Part shown: one piece after another, positions 56,129 to 58,750 of the stretch
Layout of the letters: each line of letters opens with the position of its first letter
Numbering within the stretch: position 1 is the stretch's first letter
Source of the DNA: Planctomycetota bacterium
GTDB taxonomy: Bacteria; Planctomycetota; UBA8108; UBA1146
DNA: 58,750 nt
Reading direction: 5' to 3'
Assembly (NCBI GenBank): GCA_036338595.1
Contig: JAYZBV010000057.1
Location: 1-58,750 of the forward strand
The notes under the pieces: model-generated
Told to the model about the DNA's origin: nothing
The model's database searches: none
What the model saw: the letters and a program-made list of their open reading frames with translations, nothing else
Program-made: the position numbers and the translations under genes

Positions 56129-58138
56129 TCAGGGGCAGCCGGGAAAAATGCCACACTCCAGGGCGTCAGAAGGGGTCAAATCGACCCCGCAGCGCTCCGG
56201 AGGTGGCGGCTGTGGGGAATCCGGGATGAACAGGTAAGAGAGCAGAAAAATAGGGTCAGCCAGGTTCAGTCCGCCGTCGTCATTGCAGTCGCCGCTGTCG
56301 GAGCATTCCAGCGCAGTATTTCCTGGCAGAAACAGGGCCTGCAGCAGCCAGATGGCATCGGTCAGGTTGCGGACGGAATCTCCGTTGGTGTCTGCTCTTA
56401 TGAAGAGAGTGCCGAGCGGATCTCCGATCAGGTCGATCCCGATATGAGCCCCTGAATATCCGAGATCAGAGAACGGGGTCGGTTGGCCGATGCCGCAGGA
56501 GGGGGCCGAGTGCCAGGCTTCTGCAGTTTCGGCCGCTGAGTTCGACCCCAGCACCAGCAGGTGCTCTTCGACGGTCGCATCCAGGAGAGCGATTTCCACC
56601 ACCAGGGTCGTATCGCAATCAACTTCGAGGGGCGGGATGAGATTCAGACACATATGTTGGCTCGCCAGTTGAGGTACCTCGAACGATTGCTCGTGAAGTA
56701 ACTGCAGTGAACTGACCGGGTTGATAGATCCGCCATCGACATCCGAGTGCAGTCGAAGCAAAAGCGGCAGAGTGGCCGACCCCGGCCCGGGGTCAGATTC
56801 CTCGATGGCGATCCGAATCGCCTTCAGTTCGAGACCGGCAGGAAGATCGAAGGGAGGCTGGCATGGATCATAGATGCGCCAGTAAGACTGTGCCGCATGT
56901 CCGCTACCGGCGGCGCAAACCGCTACACCATCGTTGATGGTGTCGGGGTCACTCAGATGGGAGAGGTGATATACACCCTCGTCACAACCCGGGATCAGCA
57001 GTTCGCAACTACTAGTGGGCGTCCATTGCTGGTTCGTATGCCCACACGCCTGCACCAGGATGACATCGGGGAAGTTAGGAGACGCTCCGACCCATTGTCC
57101 CGCAGATCCCGAGGCGGTCCCGGCGAGTAACCCATCGATGCGGATCTCCACGATCTCGAGGCCTGGATTGACATCCCAGCTCACCTGGATATTTCCCGAG
57201 ACGTCTGCACGGCAACTGAAGCCGACCATCGGCGGCAGTTCTTCGGGGCATTGAGAGCGTCCTTCGATGGCATAGAGGTTGTTTGACGAGTTGTCGACGA
57301 TCCATATCGAGTAGACACCGAAGGGGTCTGCTGTGGGAGCAACTGCCGGACGCGAACTCTCGATGCCGTTGATGAAGAAACCAATCGAAGCCACTTCCAG
57401 CGGGGCCAGGGGTACATCGGTGAGCGGATTGACGGTCGAGATGGTCGTGACACGTCCGGCGAAGTCGCTGCCGTGAGGGATCTCCAGATGTCCACAATCA
57501 CTGCGAAAAGCCACGCCGTTTCCCGCCCCCGCAGTGTCGGGATGGAGTACGCTTGGCCCCAGATAACTGCCATCTTCGATGGAGATCCGATCATATTGTT
57601 CGCCAGCGATATCGACGGCCCAGATGCCGTCAGTTCCATCCCAGGCCATTCCCCCGACAAAACTGGTCACCTGCAGGCCCATCGAACCTAGCAGTGTCGG
57701 ATTCGATCCGTTCAGGTCGGTTTGCCACAACTGACTGGGTCCCGGAGGAGCAAGGACGCCCCAGTAGAGTGAATCGCCATCGGTCGTGATGCCTGTTGTG
57801 GTGAATCCGGGAGCAGGATGCCCAATCGTGCCGATCGGTTCGAGGGTGAGCGAGTCGTAGACCCAACTCTCGGGGCTGAACAACTCGACAACGATCACCG
57901 CTGCGGTTCCCCAGGGGTTTGGTGTCGGAATGTAACAACATCCCAGAGCACTTGAGCCTTGCAGGGGAGCCGGGCCGGCCAGGATGTCACCGGGGATCAC
58001 CGAGGAGCCAAGATTGGGTCCCGGGGGTGCTGTCGGCACTGAACTCAGAACCGACTGAGCCGGGCAGAGCGAGCCGTACAGCCACATCACTGCCACGCAC
58101 ATACAAGTTGTCAGGATACCTGAAAATCGGAGCAACAT
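56129..58138 (-). CDS. Secreted protein: beta-propeller-like N-terminus, FN3-like, unknown domain, dockerin-like
   Basis: Signal peptide; repeats TGITTDGDSLYW / GGMAWDGTDGIW; FIRADTN..DCNDDG tail. Confidence 0.72.
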   Translation of the reverse strand: MLLRFSGILTTCMCVAVMWLYGSLCPAQSVLSSVPTAPPGPNLGSSVIPGDILAGPAPLQGSSALGCCYIPTPNPWGTAAVIVVELFSPESWVYDSLTLEPIGTIGHPAPGFTTTGITTDGDSLYWGVLAPPGPSQLWQTDLNGSNPTLLGSMGLQVTSFVGGMAWDGTDGIWAVDIAGEQYDRISIEDGSYLGPSVLHPDTAGAGNGVAFRSDCGHLEIPHGSDFAGRVTTISTVNPLTDVPLAPLEVASIGFFINGIESSRPAVAPTADPFGVYSIWIVDNSSNNLYAIEGRSQCPEELPPMVGFSCRADVSGNIQVSWDVNPGLEIVEIRIDGLLAGTASGSAGQWVGASPNFPDVILVQACGHTNQQWTPTSSCELLIPGCDEGVYHLSHLSDPDTINDGVAVCAAGSGHAAQSYWRIYDPCQPPFDLPAGLELKAIRIAIEESDPGPGSATLPLLLRLHSDVDGGSINPVSSLQLLHEQSFEVPQLASQHMCLNLIPPLEVDCDTTLVVEIALLDATVEEHLLVLGSNSAAETAEAWHSAPSCGIGQPTPFSDLGYSGAHIGIDLIGDPLGTLFIRADTNGDSVRNLTDAIWLLQALFLPGNTALECSDSGDCNDDGGLNLADPIFLLSYLFIPDSPQPPPPERCGVDLTPSDALECGIFPGCP

Positions 58139-58300
58139 AGCGACTCGCAGCCCTCGGGGGTGCACGAAGTGGACCAATAGACTCGTTTGCAAATAGCGCC
58201 TGCAAAAGAAGATAACCACACCGCAAGCGTGACGCGAATGTCAGGATAGTTCCAGGACAGGAAAGACAGGAAAGACAGGTGAAACCAGAATGGTCATCCT

Positions 58301-58340
58301 GAAAGAACAGGGGCGCCCTCTCCTATCGAGAGAGCGCCCC
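58301..58340 (-). terminator. Rho-independent terminator after the truncated last gene
   Basis: Minus-strand GGGGCGCUCUCUC-GAUAG-GAGAGGGCGCCCC followed by UGUUCUUUC. Confidence 0.7.
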
Positions 58341-58365
58341 CGCTCCATCACACCCGCTTTGCTTT

Positions 58366-58750
58366 TTAGCAAGCGTTGTATGTCACGCAGTCGAGGGGAT
58401 CCGTATCGGTTCCATCTTCACCGCAGTTACCCGGACTGGGCGGAGCCGGTGGTGGGCCGCCACTGAAGAGAGCAGCCAGGGTGTAGATGGCATCAGCGAT
58501 ATTGAGTCCGCCGTCATCATTTGAGTCGCACGAATCGGCGCACGGCCCGGCGGGGCCGCCGCTAAAGAGCGAGGCGAGGGTGTAGATGGCATCGGCGATG
58601 TTGAAGGAGCCGTCGGCGTTGCAATCGCCACGCTGGAACTCCGGTCCTGAAGGGCTGCCACCACCACCAAGGGCCGCGATGTATCGCGCTGCCAGGTCGG
58701 CCTGATCGCCGCCAAATCCACCAAACTCCCACGACTGTGAGATGGTGTTG
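58366..58750 (-). CDS. C-terminal fragment of another dockerin-like protein (gene starts beyond the window)
   Basis: Not in the ORF track. Manual translation: NTISQSWEFGGFGGDQADLAARY...GPEFQRGDCNADGSFNIADAIYTL...CVTYNAC*. Confidence 0.85.
   Translation of the reverse strand, partial: NTISQSWEFGGFGGDQADLAARYIAALGGGGSPSGPEFQRGDCNADGSFNIADAIYTLASLFSGGPAGPCADSCDSNDDGGLNIADAIYTLAALFSGGPPPAPPSPGNCGEDGTDTDPLDCVTYNAC

Noticed and set aside
58255..58281. Short tandem repeat GACAGGAAA, about 3 copies
   Set aside because: Too short, with no spacers; not a CRISPR array and no supportable function.
58383..58724. 113-aa minus-strand track ORF
   Set aside because: Wrong frame; the true frame (58366-58749) encodes the dockerin tail.
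10272..58750. A classical cellulosome
   Set aside because: No recognisable glycoside hydrolase, CBM3 or SLH anchor among the dockerin-bearing proteins in this window.
1..58750. Mobile elements, prophage, tRNA/rRNA, CRISPR
   Set aside because: No transposase, integrase, phage structural gene, RNA-gene signature or repeat-spacer array was recognised by eye; small RNAs could have been missed.

Overview
High-GC bacterial genomic DNA, most likely Planctomycetota (inferred from the DUF1501 + DUF1549/DUF1553 gene pair and the Cys-rich dockerin-like tails). I see about 41 protein genes and no rRNA, tRNA, CRISPR array or mobile element. Three things stand out. (1) Eleven proteins end in the same ~85-95 aa duplicated-Ca-loop, Cys-capped dockerin-like module; ten have signal peptides and the eleventh is truncated at the window edge. 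Two of them also carry tandem cohesin-like domains. The recognisable cargo is phosphatases and a protease, not glycoside hydrolases, which suggests a non-cellulolytic cohesin-dockerin surface assembly. A VKOR-DsbA disulfide-forming fusion is encoded next to the cohesin-like genes. (2) A thioredoxin-like gene is split by an in-frame TGA at the catalytic-Cys position, with a SECIS-like hairpin just downstream: a probable unannotated, exported selenoprotein. (3) A POT peptide transporter carries a GspG-pseudopilin-like insert. The window also encodes lutABC, a dispersed non-phosphorylative deoxy-sugar (fucose/rhamnose-type) pathway with an ABC importer, a hybrid histidine kinase coupled to an atypical isochorismatase, an orphan adenine methyltransferase, pepP, neuC and murJ. 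All domain calls come from motif recognition by eye, not database searches.
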